Source: the human T2T-CHM13v2.0 reference genome, Homo sapiens. Taken from it: a stretch of DNA of 64,000 nt. The translations under genes were made by a program, and so were the position numbers. This document shows positions 1-59,380 of this stretch, in pieces. Every line of letters begins with the position of its first letter. Within the stretch, counting starts at the first letter, position 1. The notes below the pieces were generated by a model. That model had not been told where the DNA came from and made no database searches. It worked only from the letters and a program-made list of their open reading frames with translations. The stretch lies in assembly GCF_009914755.1 (NCBI RefSeq), contig NC_060933.1; one strand, written 5' to 3'.

Positions 1-134
1 TAAACTATGTTACTTTCAGTTTCAACTGAACATAGTTTGAAAGCATTCTATATGAAATTATAATCTTAGATAAATAATATGAAGAACAATTTTATGGCAT
101 ATATGGCAGGTAAAGTGATATTATAGCCATACAG

Positions 135-489
<355 letters not shown>

Positions 490-1376
490 TAAGTAAAATA
501 ACGTATTACTAAATATAAGCCATAACCCAGAGATGAGTAACCAAGATAAAAAAGTAAAACACATACATTTAAAAAGACACAAAAGTACATTTTGATACCC
601 ACTGACCACAGTCTATCAGAAGAAAAAAAAGTACACACAAAAAGCATCAAGGAGATCATTCAATGTAGAAAAAGAGAAGAAAACATCTTTAATATCTGAG
701 TTGAGGAGAAAAAGGATACAAGCAGTTTTAGAAAAAAGGAAAGGGGCAGAGAGATGTGTGACGATTTAAAGACTTCGAAGAAGAGATCTAGACATCTTTG
801 CTGACATAATGTCAACAAAATGAAAGAGATACAAAACCATGTAGAGAAAAGCAATGACAGAAAAATGTTGATTCTAATCAGAAAACCAAATTAAGTGCTC
901 AGTAAATAAATAAAAAAGTAGCTGTGTTCAGGGCTTCAAAGACAGATTCCATTGTTTTAAAAAAAATCTGTGATCAAAACATGAATGTTCATTTTACTTT
1001 TTCTTTAAGTTATACATATATTTTTATATATATGAAATTTATTTATGTAAAACAAGTTTAATAACATGTATACTTCATGTATACAACAGAGGTACTCATG
1101 TACAATGAGTAAATTTCCACGTTTTATATCTAAAAGAAAAAGCAGAAACAAAATATAAGCTACATATCAAGATAAATTTGATGTTAAAGAATGACACAAA
1201 CAGGTCTTCTTTAAACAATTTGAATGCAGCAGAGGATACTACAAAAGGAAGAAAAAATGACCACAGACAGCAAAAAATATCTTCAGAAATAAAAATTCAA
1301 ACCAGATAATGAAGAGTGCACTGGACATTATATGTCCAAGGCGTGGTCATTGTTTTCAAAATCATTAAAGAATAAG

Positions 1377-1662
1377 TGGCTGGGCATGGTGGCTCATGTC
1401 ACTTTGGGAGGCCGAGGCGGGCAGATCACGAGGTCAGGAATTCGAGACCAGCCTGACCAACTTGGCAAAACCCCGTCTCTAATAAAAATACAAAAATTAG
1501 CCGGGTGTGGTGGCACATGCCTGTAATGCCAGCTACTCAGGAGGCTGAGGCAGGAAAATTGCTTGGAGGCATAGGTTGCAGTGAGCCAAGACCGCGCCAT
1601 TGTACTCCAGTCTGGGAAACAAAGCCAGACTTTTTCTCAAAAAAAAAAAAAAAAAAAAAAAA
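1377..1662 (+). mobile_element. Alu with small internal deletions
   Basis: ggctgggcatggtggctca...A tail. Confidence 0.9.
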
Positions 1663-1901
1663 GAATATTTTGGCATTCAAAAAAAATTTCACCTTGCCCC
1701 AGCAGCTCAGCTGACTCCCACCCCCATGACACACGTCTAAAAAGTTGTGCTGTGAGTTTCTGAAATACATTTTAAAATAGAATTCATTTAATTATGAAAA
1801 TGCAAACATAAAATGAATTTGTATCTAGGTTTTAGTCAAGTAAAATTAGAGTTAAATCAATTAATAAATGGCTAACATGTTCTACAATATGAAAACCATA
1901 C

Positions 1902-2014
1902 CCAGTTGCCTCTTCTTCTAATTCATCATTTTTCTTTCTTATTCGATTCACATTATACTTCAGTGATGATATTAACTCAAAAAGTTTTCTTAATTCTTCA
2001 TTTTCTTTTTTAGG
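1902..2014 (-). other. Downstream ANKRD18-like exon (PKKENEELRKLFELISSLKYNVNRIRKKNDELEEEATG)
   Basis: tttaag|CCT...GG|gtatgg; 113 nt, open; resembles ANKRD18A ...RKLFELIS...IRKKNRELEEEATG as recalled. Confidence 0.8.
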
Positions 2015-2707
2015 CTTAAAAAAAGTGTTTAAAATTATTTTTGTAAAATCTGGAGACCCTCTTTTATCTCAAAAATATTATTTCTCATAAGTGGATTAGT
2101 AATACGTATTTATGCAGGTGTATAAAGTGCATTTTATAAACCTGATGCCAATAAGGTCAGATTTCAATAATAGTCACTTTTCTTAAAACTGCTAAAAATG
2201 ATTCAAATTTTCATCATTATCTTTTCTGAAATTTAAACTGCCAACAATGTTTGTTACAAATGAGGGTTTTTACACACAAAATACTAAGGGTTAGTTAAAA
2301 AAAAAAAAGAGTAGTTATATTTACATTTTAGTTTTTAAAGATGTTCTAGAAATATTGTTTTTAACAGTTTAAGATATTCCAAGTTTTCTTAAATTACATC
2401 TTACTAAGACAAATTTTAGAAAACTCTTATCTAGTTCCCATTACATTTTTCATCCTCATCTGTCTTCAGGCTGAGCTAAATACTGTCATTCTAAGTATTC
2501 ACCCACAGGTTTCAGTTTTTCCCTTTCTCTTAACCATTTCTCTTTAAATAAAGTTTATTTTTTCTACAATAAACAAAAACAACTTTCGTCTACTTTTTGT
2601 GGCTTTTCTATTATCCTGTTTCTCCCCTTCCATTGGACTCTATGACACATGGTCTCATTCAGAAATCTTTTTTCATCAATTATTGTGTTTTTTATACTGA
2701 AATCTGA

Positions 2708-3168
<461 letters not shown>

Positions 3169-3354
3169 CGGCTATTTCGCTTTTTAAATTCTCTCAGGAC
3201 TCCTAAAATCTCAAAACTTTGACCTAGATTCCCTAATCTACATTTCCAGCTCTGACCTTTTTCTTGAGGTCTCTTCCTTCTAGTACACATATTATAGACA
3301 ATATTCTCCACCACATGCTCATACATTGCTACTTGGTGCAGATTACTTTTGTAG

Positions 3355-3843
<489 letters not shown>

Positions 3844-4229
3844 TGAGAATCAGATTATCAATTGTTTGCCTTTGTTTTCTTTTAAATAATTTCCTTTTCC
3901 ATAGAGATATGGCATGATGAACATCTTGTTCTAAAGTTCCTTTTGGGGGACACTCAACTATGTCATCGGGAAGCTTCAGTAAGTAGAGATCTCCCTTCTT
4001 CCCATTCAAGATTCTTCATCTCAAAATGGTGTCTACCAAATGTCTTAATCCAGGTAGTCCCTTGCTTAGAAATTCATGAAATAAGAACCTTCTGGAGAAG
4101 TTAGAGGCTATTGATTGAGATGGTTTAAAGCTGCCCCTTATTATGTGTTTTACTCCCAAGGCAGACATCAAAGCGGCTAATAATTCTATGCCTGATGTCT
4201 AACTCACTTCTATGGGAATCTATACAACA

Positions 4230-4500
4230 TGTTTTATTTATGAGACAGAGTCTCCCTCTGCTACCTAGGCTGGAGTGCAGTGGCTTGATCACTGCTCACT
4301 GCAGCCTCAATATTCCAAGCTCAAACAACCCTCCTACCACAGCCTCCCAATGTAGCTGGGACTACAGGCATGCACCACCATGCCTCAGCTAAGTGTTTAA
4401 AAAAATTTTTTTTTTTTTTAAGAGACAGAGTCTCACTATATTGCTCTGGCTGGTCTCAAACTCCTGGGCTCAAGCAATCCTCCTGCCTCAGCCTTCCAAA
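4230..4500 (-). mobile_element. AluJ-like
   Basis: ctcctgggctcaagcaatcctcctgcc. Confidence 0.85.
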
Positions 4501-5599
4501 ACCAGGTGTTTAACTGGGGACTAACATGAAGCACTTAGAAGACTACATGGAACATAGTGAGCTACATAAAATATTTGCTATTAGCATAATAATTTTATTG
4601 TATATCTTAACAAAATTGTGTATTTTACGCAGGTGGCATGCCAATGGAAGTAGTCTCCTATAGCTGCACTGAATCATTCTTAACACTGAGAGTTGCAGCA
4701 AATGGGGGACATAATTTATAACTTACTTTTCTCTCTGTATGACTCATTAGGCAATGACTGCGTATGTACTACAATGTAAATAGCACCTCCTGGATGGAAT
4801 AGTACGTAACTGACATGACCAGCAGAGACAGGCTAAAGACACTGAGCTGAAAACCCTGGACTCTATTGCTAAGTCAAGGCTCCTGAATCCGTTCCCTCTG
4901 AGCAACTGTTGCTGTGGTGCTGCCTTCACAAGCACTCTGCTGAGCACTCAGATTGAGGGGCTGCGCTATCCTTCATCAGACAAGCTGCACCCAGAACTGT
5001 TCAGCTGACAGACTGGGAGCAGTCCAGAAACACAGTAATGGCTGCATAGTGAAAAAAGGCCAATTTATATTCTTTTTCATAGAGAGAAAAACATAAACAC
5101 GTGATTGAACGCATCTCCTGTGTTAGACTAATTGGGTTAGATTTGATATTTAATTGCTAAAAATATATTTAGAATATAACCTTACTGTGTCAAGGTCTCA
5201 AAGAAGAAATAATTGGTATGGTATAAATGATTGAATTGTATGCTACAAACTTCTAAGCTAAAATATTTTCAATGTATGCAAGGATAGGTGGCATACACAT
5301 TATATATTATTCCCCCATTAAGCAAATTTATAATGAGAGAAAATTATCTTCCATAAAAAAATAAAAGCCATGTAAAATTAAGGACTAAGTTTTTCAGCAC
5401 AGACTAGACAACGATTGCTAACACATAAGGTCAATGACAGAACAGTCAGAGAAAGCTTCATGAAAACAAAAAAATTGTCTGCCAGGTCTGAATGAATGAG
5501 GCTAGATGAACAGAAACTGAGAAGGCAGAAAGAATAGCATGAGCAAGACAAGTGCTGAAATCTGCCCAATTAACTCTGAGGATAAAGTCCAATGGCAGG

Positions 5600-6090
5600 G
5601 AAATAAAAACCCATGTCCACATAATAACCTGTAAGTGAATGTTCACAGCAGCATTTTTCATAATAGCTAAAAAGTGGAAACTAACCTAAAGGTCCATCAA
5701 CTGATGAACGAATGGAAAACCAGTATAGCCATGGAATAGAATATCATTTAACTATAAGAAGAAATAAACTACGAATGTGTGCTAAAACATGCATGAATTC
5801 TGAAAACATTATGCTAAGTGAAAAAGCCAGTCACAAAGGACTACATATTGTATAACTCTATGTATATGAAATATGCAGAACAGGCAAACATATGGAGACA
5901 AAAGTAGACGGTGGTTGCCTACAACAGGGGTAGGTGGAGGGACATGGAGGAAGGCTGCAGTCATGCCTAGGAGATGTGGGGTCATTTTTCAGGGTGACGA
6001 AAATGCTGTGAACATACTAATAGACACTGAGTTGTACATTTTAAATGGTTGAACTGTCTGATATGTGAATGACATCTCAGTGAATCTTTT
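5600..6090 (+). mobile_element. Ancient L1M 3' fragment
   Basis: atgttcacagcagcattt..cataatagc..aaagtggaaa; aacattatgctaagtgaaaaagccagtcacaaa. Confidence 0.75.
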
Positions 6091-6730
6091 TAAAATCCAA
6101 AGGCAGGATCAAAATAATTTTCTCAACTCTTAATTTTTGATGTACATGCTATATCAAATCTAAATATTTCTACAGTTTTACAGTATATTTTAAATAAAAG
6201 ATAAAGAAAATGCCTAACTTTTCAAATAGTTTGTAAATTAACCTAAAACATGCACATTTCAAAGAATAGTATAATGGCCTTTCTGTACAAGTTAACCTAG
6301 AATCTGTGAAACAAATAGACACAGATTCTGTGTCCATTCACAAAAGTGAAGAAATAAGACAATTTTCTGGAACATTCCATGAAACATTCTCCTCTGATTT
6401 AATCTGGCCTGCCTCATCAGAGCAATACAAAAATTACTTAAAAATACTGTTTAACAGGAAAAAAGTCAATTTTCTATGAGGAATGATGTATAATTCTCAA
6501 CTTTTCCAAGAGTACATATTGTAAGAGAAAAGGTATGCAATGGTTTTTCAAAATGGTATAATGAAAGTCACAATATAAAAAAATAGTACATTATAAAGAT
6601 AGTAAAATGGAAATCATTCATTATAATGAAAATAAAAAATCAAGCTTCTGCCAAAATTAGTATCCTAAAACATGTTATATAATTCAACTAGCTACAGAAT
6701 AACTGTTGACATGTTAAATTCCATACATAC

Positions 6731-6880
6731 TTGACTTTTCACTTGAAATAATTTCTTATTTGAGGCCTGTGTCTCATCCAAATTAATGTGACAACGTGAT
6801 ATACCTTCCAGTGGAGACTCTAACGTCGTTAATTTTTTTACGCTGTCAGCCACTTCTTGTTGAAGTTGTCTCACAACCAC
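6731..6880 (-). other. Downstream ANKRD18/ANKRD26-like exon (VVVRQLQQEVADSVKK...FQVKSQ); alternative or vestigial
   Basis: ttatcag|GTG...CAA|gtatgt; 150 nt, open, phase 0-0; resembles ANKRD26 VVVRQLQQELAD as recalled. Confidence 0.8.
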
Positions 6881-8029
6881 CTGATAAAATATTTGTTACT
6901 GATTTTATAAACTGCCTTATTAAATTATGTTAATAATGTTTAATTCCAACATATCTACTTTGAAAATTATCACCACACATATCAATTCACCTACTTTTAA
7001 TCACATGTACACATTTTTATTTATTACTGAATTCAGTGAGGGATGCAAAATATGTTCTCTTCCTGCCAAATTGGTATTCTCTTACTTACACAACAGATTC
7101 ATTCCAACATTCAATCATCTCAGAAGCTCAACTCAGCCTCAAAGTTCCTAACATATTCAATCACCTGTTCAAATCCTTCCAACAGATTCCTATCTCAGAA
7201 TAAAAGTAAAATTCCAATGGCCTTTGAGGCCCTAGGTAAAAAGGCCTCTACCTCCCTCTCTGACTTCAAAGCTCCTACAACTCCCTCCTGTAATTACTCC
7301 ATTCCCACTGTATGTGAAGCCTGCCACCCCTCAGTCTGAAAATGGAGATGTAGTGCCTAACTCGTAAATCACAGACAGCTACAAGTATCTTTGTACTGAA
7401 CAAAATTATATTCCAATGACAGTCATTGAGCCTTGCAATAAAAATTATGAGCTAATTATTAATATAAATATTCAAAGTAAACTATAAATACCAATGGGAA
7501 AACTAAACCAAATATAGTTTTGCTAAGTTTTACCACATTTATCCTAAATTATGATTTTATAACAAGTAGGTGCCTTTAAAACATTACATGGTCATAAAAA
7601 CATGTAATTTGACATATTTTCAGATTTGTTAATATGAATAATAACAAAGCTATACCAACTAAAATACATAAAAAGCTAGTTAAAGCAAGGTATTACAAGA
7701 CACAGCAATACACTTCAATTCATCTGGGGAATCTAGAATTAAGTGTCGAAGAAAATCACTTAATTAAATTTTAATTTGAAAATACTCACTTCAGGTGTAA
7801 ACATTTCCATTTATAACTACATTATGGTCTTAACATGTGGCAACATAAAGACATTAAAATTACTATTTCAGCAATACAGAACTATCTACCTTAAAATATG
7901 ACTCTGTGCCTAATAAAATTTCATAGGTGACACAATGTCTTTTCTCAAAGTAAATCATCTCTCACCTCTATCTTTTATTTCCTAGAAATGAGGCATGTTT
8001 CTAAGCCGATATAGTAAACACATTTTTCC

Positions 8030-8305
8030 TTTTTTTATTAAAACAGCTTTGTTGAAATATAATTTACATACTATAGAATGTATCTGTTTTAACTTAAAGT
8101 TAAAAGATTTTTAGTACATTTACTGAGTTGTGCAGCCATCTCTACAATCCAACTTTAGAGCATTTCCATCACTGTAAGATTCCTCATGCCCATTAGCAGT
8201 CACTACCAGCTTCCAGCCCCAGCCCCTTGCAAACATGAATCTACTTTTTGTCCCTATACATTTATCTTTTCTGGATGCTTCATGTAAATGGAATTATACA
8301 GTATG
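8030..8305 (-). mobile_element. Ancient L1M 3' end in the putative 3'UTR
   Basis: aacagcttt.ttgaaatataatttacatac...aatctacttt.tgtc.ctat...aaatggaattatacagtatg is the typical antisense L1M 3' end. Confidence 0.7.
8034..8039 (-). terminator. Candidate polyadenylation signal AATAAA for the 823-aa isoform
   Basis: AATAAA ~330 nt after the stop codon, at the 3' end of an L1M relic; a second one at 7974-7979. Confidence 0.4.
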
Positions 8306-8371
8306 GTAAACACACTTTTAATCTAGATTTTTATATTCAACTAAGTTCAACATGTATCCAGAACCAAATGT

Positions 8372-50445
<42,074 letters not shown>

Positions 50446-50699
50446 TCAGACCCCCAACCACCGGCTCTTGAGCGAGGGCAGCTCCCTGTCACCTTTTCAC
50501 CACCCCCCTCCCCGACCCCGGCCGACCCAGCCCCAAATCCCCTATCCAACCCCAAAGCCCCGATCCAACCCCAACTCCGCTATTTCAAATCTATAATCTA
50601 CTCCACAATCCGCGATCCAGCCCGGTCCACCACAGCCTTCAGCAGCGACACTCGCAGCCTCCGACCTCTCAGACCGAGTGAGCCTCGCAAAGCCGTTGG

Positions 50700-50814
50700 G
50701 CGCGCGCCTGCACGGCAGTTGCTGCCGGGCTCCCAGAAGACGCTCCCTGGCGGCGCGCGCCTGCACCGCGGTTGCTGCCGGGCTCCCGGAAGACGCTCCC
50801 TAGCGGCGCGCGCC
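50700..50814. repeat. 53-bp tandem repeat, ~2.2 copies
   Basis: gcgcgcgcc starts at 50700, 50753 and 50806; unit gcgcgcgcctgcac.gc.gttgctgccgggctccc.gaagacgctccct.gcg. Confidence 0.9.
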
Positions 50815-53161
50815 AGCAGGTGGGGCTGCAGCTCTGGGCGTGCGCCGATGGGCTCGCCGGTTCTCCTGGGATCGCCCTGGCGGCCCCAGGATCGCAGGCG
50901 CGCAGCCAGCCCGGCCTGAGAAGGAGGGCCTGTCTGGCCTTGCAGCCCGCCCCGCTCCTCCTCGGAAGGGAGATACGGTGCTGGCAAGGGCACTCCGCGG
51001 CCACCTGAGTGGCTTCGCGGATTGGCTGAACGCTGAGGCTCTGGCCCTGAAGTCTGTGTGGCTAGTGTCAGGTAGCTGGAGAGGGATGGAGGCAGAGTCA
51101 GGGGCTGCTCCTTCCCCCACCCGCCCTCACTGCTGCCAGTGCCACACGCGCGGTTTGCAGCTGCAGATCTGGCACTGGCGCAGGATGGCGGAGCTTCCTT
51201 TGGATGGCCTCAGGGCCGCAGAGCGCACAGCCCACCTGGCCTCAAGGTCCGCTCCTCTTGGACATCTTTCTGGATCCTGGGCCCTGGCGCTGGGCACTCT
51301 GTGTCCACACGGATGAAACAGCGGCTGCTGGCGGGGCCGGTTGCCTGATTTTGCCGCCTGGGGGTCTGGCCTCAGGATCCACGCTACTGCGGGGCGGGCC
51401 TGGTCTGGAGTGTCCAGTCACTTGCTGCCGGTGCACCACGTCTAGACTGCAGCTGCGGCTCCGATGCCGGCGTGAGCTGGCGGGCCTGGTACCTGATGTC
51501 CTCAGGGTCAAGTGCATCGCCCTCCCACTTGAGAGGTTGCTCTGACTTGGCCTCCTCCAAGAACGCAGGGGCCGCCGGGACTGGCTCTTCGTGGTAACCG
51601 GGATGGTACCGAGCAGCAGGTTTTCACCCTGGTGCCACTGCTGTGCGGACTGCCTGACTTGGGCGCCCAGGCACCCGCCCCAGGGTCCGCGCGGCAGGTG
51701 TGCAGGTAGGGTGAGTGGCGCGGAGGGTCGGGGGTTGCTCCGTCATCTCTGCCCGTGTGCAACTTGCAGTTTTGCAGTTTTCTGCAGCAGCTGAGGCGCT
51801 GGCGCGGGAAGGCGGAGCTCCCCTGGATGGCGTCAGGTTTGCGGGCACAGAGCACAGCCCACCAGGCCTGAAGGTCCGCTCAGGGGCCATAGTGGTTGAG
51901 TTCTCTGTGGAACTGGGATGGGGTGAACAGCCAGTTCCCGTCCTTTGGCCGCCTGGCCAACTGCCAGACTTAACCGCTGCCGCCCAGGCATCTGTCTCTA
52001 GCGTTGCCACTACTTGGGTAGAAGTGGGGGTCGGGGTGGGGCGTGGAGCATCACCGGTTGCCAGGCCAGCACTGTCTTTGCAACATATTCAGATGGCGGC
52101 GGGCAGCTCGGGCGCCAGCATGGGCTGGCGGGGCTCCCCTGGACGGCCCTCAGGTCGCTCACAGCATCGTCCCAGGACTTCCTCGGCCTGTGCCAGGTGG
52201 GCAAGGTACGGGGGTAGCTTCCAAGGCTTCTATCCCAACTCTACCTATTTCTACCTATTTTCTCTTGAGTTATTTTGCCTTTATCTCAGTTTTATTTGCA
52301 AAAATAGTATACGCAAAATACATCGAGTGAATGCACATCAGGCATATAGAAGATCTGGCAGAAACATGTTTTCTCCTGCCCATTTCCAGTCAGTATTTGA
52401 ACACAGAGGCTTCCACGGTTTTGATTCTTTCCACAAAAGGTTAGTTTTGTCTGTTTTCACCATTTATGTAAGTGAAACTATAAATTATATAATTTTTATG
52501 TTCACTCACTAAACATGCTTGTGACACATCATTTTGCTCCTATTGATTATTCATTATTTTGTAATATTCAATTTTATGACTATACCACAGGTTTGAGGCC
52601 TTTGCTTGTTTTGTTTTTAATCCATTCCACTATTGATAGACACAAAAGCAGTTTCTGATTTGAGGCTATCATGAATAAACCTGCTACGAACAAATCAGAT
52701 ATACATATTTTTTTCTGTAATAATATTTTCACTTTTCTTGAGTTTAAGTACATAAGAGTGGATTTTCTGGGTTATAAAATAAGTATATATTTGGCATTGT
52801 ATGAAATGGGGAGACATTTTCCTAAGTGGTTATGCCATCTTAAACTACAATGAAAATGAGAGAATCAGTTCCACTTTCTAACCAATACTTGACGCTGTCA
52901 GTTGTTTTAGTATTATCCATTCTTATGGGATATAACTGCTGAGTAGCTGTCTGCCTTCTCCCATAACACAGAAAATTGAGGGCCCAGAGGACAGTTTTAT
53001 TTTCATATTTGACATCTTCTATTATTTTTTATAGAAGGATGATTTCAGTAGTAAAATTTTCTTTCAATTTTCTAGGTTGTCTCTGAATCTTACTGGGGTT
53101 CCTTGTCCTAAACCACATTCAGAAATTTTCACGACCGACTTCTTATCTTTGTCATACCAGG

Positions 53162-54012
<851 letters not shown>

Positions 54013-54339
54013 GACCACAACACCCAGATAATTTTTTTTTTTTTGTAGAAAGAGGAGCCTTGCTATGTTGCCCAAGCTGGCCTCAAACTCCCACCCTCAA
54101 GAGATCTGCCCATCTCGACAACCAGAGTAACTGGTTCTACAGGAAAATACCACTATCCCATGATAATTATATTTTATTAATTTTTATTTGCATAGACAGG
54201 AGGTCTTGCTATGTTGCCCAGGGTGGTCTCAGACTCCTGGACTTGAACAATTCTCCCATCTGTGCCATCTGTGCCTCCCAAAGTGCTCCCAAAGTGCTGA
54301 CGCCACAGGCATAAGCCACTGCACCTGGCCCGACTTAAG

Positions 54340-54960
54340 ATGTCTTTAATCTAGCATCCCATACTTCATATAATCAGGAAAAGCAGTAGTGTTTTTTTTT
54401 TTTTAATTACTTAGTATCTCAACAAGAATCAACCATCTCTCACCATTGTCAGGACCCTGGTCAGAACCACTATCATCTCCTACCTGGATGTTGCCACAGC
54501 TTGGCCTCCGTGCTTCTACCCAAATCTTCCCACAATCTTTCTCAACTCAGCCACCATGGGATGCTTTTAAATCAATAGACAGTTCGTGTCACCTCTCTGC
54601 TCAGAACCCTTCCGCATCTCCCATCTCAGACACAGCATAAAAGCCAAAGCCCCAGCAATAGCCTCCCAGGGCTTGCACAATCTGTACTGATCTGAGTCCC
54701 ACAACTCCCTGGCCTCCTCCCCTACCTTCTCTCCCCCTCTCTGCTCGACAATCCTCTTTCCTGAGCTTCAGACACACCACGGAGTTCCCTCTTAGCATCT
54801 TTATTCTGTTGTTTCTGCCTATAATGCTCTTCCCTCAGTACCTTGGCCAGCTCCTTCCCCTCCTTCAAGTCTTTGCTCAATTTTCACTTAGGAGGCCAAC
54901 CCTGACCACTCTATTTAATATTGCTATGTGTCCCCATTCCTGCCATGCTCACTCATTTCT
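54340..54960 (+). mobile_element. L2 LINE fragment
   Basis: ccactatcatctcctacctgga; gtcacctctctgctcagaaccct; aaaagccaaag.ccc. Confidence 0.65.
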
Positions 54961-55254
54961 TTTTACTTTTTTTTTAAGATATAATCTCGCTGTGTCACTC
55001 AGGCTGGGGCACCATGGCACGATCACAACACACTGAGACCTGGAACTCCTAGGTCAAGAAATCGTCCTGCCTCAGCGCCTCTAGTAGCTAAGACTACAAG
55101 TGCATGCCACTACACCCGCTATTTTTTTTTTCCCATGTAGACAGGGTATCACTTTGTTGCCCAGGCTTATCTTGAACTCCTGGGCCAGAGCAACCATCCT
55201 GCCTCAGCCTCCTAAATAGCTGGAATTATAGGTGTGGGCCACTACCCCTGGCTT

Positions 55255-55612
55255 CATGTTCATTTCTTCTTGCTGCTGTTACAAACTACCCTACGTTGAG
55301 TGGCTTAATACACCACAAATCTACTACCTAACAGGTCTGGGGGCCAGAAGTCCAAAATAGGTCTATTAAGGCTAAAGTCAAGGTGTCAGCAGGACTGCAT
55401 CCCTTCTGGAGGTTCCAGAGAGAAGGTGTTCCCTTGCCTTTCCCAGTTCCAAAAGCCACCCCTATTCTTTGCCTCATGGCCCCTAAATGCATCTTCAAAG
55501 CCAGAAGCAAAGCATATTCAAATCTCCCTCTGTGACCTGTGCTTCCATCATCAAATCTCCTTCAATTCTGACTCTCTTACCTCCCTCTTTCACTTATAAA
55601 GACCTCTTGTGA
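55255..55612 (-). mobile_element. MLT1-type MaLR LTR
   Basis: gctgctgttacaaactacc..gtggcttaa; ccagaagtccaaaat; aagtcaaggtgtcagcagg. Confidence 0.75.
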
Positions 55613-55907
55613 TTGCTGGACACAGAGGCCGGTGCTCACAACCATAATCCCAACAGTTTAGGAGGTCAAAGCAGGAGAAATGCTTGAGGCCAGAAGTTCG
55701 GGACCAGCCTGGGAAACACAGTGAGACCCACCCCCCTCAATTAAACAACAAAAAGAAATAAGAGAAAATTAGCTGGGCGTGGTGGTATGCATCTGTAGTT
55801 TCAGCTACTTGAGAGGCTGTGGTGAAAGGATTGCTTTAGCCCCAGAGTTCAAGACCAGCCTCGGCAATATAACAAGATCCCATCTCTACAAAAAAATACA
55901 AAAATCA

Positions 55908-55997
<90 letters not shown>

Positions 55998-56071
55998 TTA
56001 GCTACGACTGCATCATTGCACTCCAGATTGGGTGAAACAGAGACTCTGTGTTCAAAAGAAAAAGAAAAGAA

Positions 56072-57575
<1,504 letters not shown>

Positions 57576-57661
57576 ACCATAACTACTATTCACGAAAAAG
57601 GTCTACTCATTACAACTGAAAATCATAAAATTGTAAGTTCTACAAAAATAAATCAACCTTA

Positions 57662-57928
<267 letters not shown>

Positions 57929-58029
57929 TCACAGTTTTCTTGAATCAGGGGAAAAATAAGACTCAGAAACTAGGAATTCGTTTTGCCCAAAACTCTCATC
58001 AGATAGAGAATCCATCCACTAACTTTCTA

Positions 58030-58469
<440 letters not shown>

Positions 58470-59049
58470 TCAACACAGCAAAGAGGTGCCAAGCTCCCTT
58501 TCTCCCCTGCACAACCCGACACAGAAGAGTTGGTGCAGTGGAATGAGGTTGAATGGAGAGAAGTTCCTCTTCTTTCCATTTTTTTTTTTTTTTTTGAGAT
58601 GGAGTCTCACTCTATCACACAGGCTGGGTGCAGTGGCGCAATCTCAGTCACTGCAACCTCCGCCTCCCAGGTTCAACCAATTCTCTGCCTCAGCCTTCCG
58701 AGTAGCTGGGATTAGAGGTGCCCGCCACCACACCCAGCTAATTTTTGTTTGTTTGTTTAGTAGAGACTGGGTTTCACTATGTTGGCCAGGCTGGTCTTGA
58801 ACTCCTGACCTTGTGACCCACCTGCCTCGGCCTCCCAAAGTGCTGGGATTACAGGCATGAGCTGCTGCGCCCAGCCGAGAAGTTCCTCTTCTTACTGAGA
58901 AAATGGATCACAGGGCATCAAGTAACACATAAAATTCTTTATAATAAGCAGTATTATTTTTGGAAAACCTTTCCTAATATTTTGGTATCAGCAAAAACCC
59001 TCAGATTAATTTCAAACACTATAAAAATACAATACATAAACAGAAAATA

Positions 59050-59380
59050 TTAACTGTCAGCAATGCTATAGAGAAATTGGAAGCTGTATGCATTGCCTTT
59101 TGGAATGTAAAATGGTACAGCCCACTGTGGAAAATGGTTTAGCAGCTCCTTAAAAATATTAAGCACAGAATTATATGATCCACCAACACCCTTTAAGTGT
59201 ATATACCCAAAATAACTGAGAGCAGGGACTCAAACAGGTATTTGTACACCCGTTTAACAGCAGCATTATTCACAGTGGCCAAAAGGTAGAACCAACCCTA
59301 ATGCCCATCAGTAGGTGAATGGATAAAGAAAATGTAATATATACATACACAGAGTATTATTCAGCCATAAAAAGAAAAAT
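59050..59380 (+). mobile_element. Ancient L1M fragment
   Basis: ggaatgtaaaatggtacagcccactgtggaaaa; cagcattattcaca.tggccaaaaggtagaa. Confidence 0.7.
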
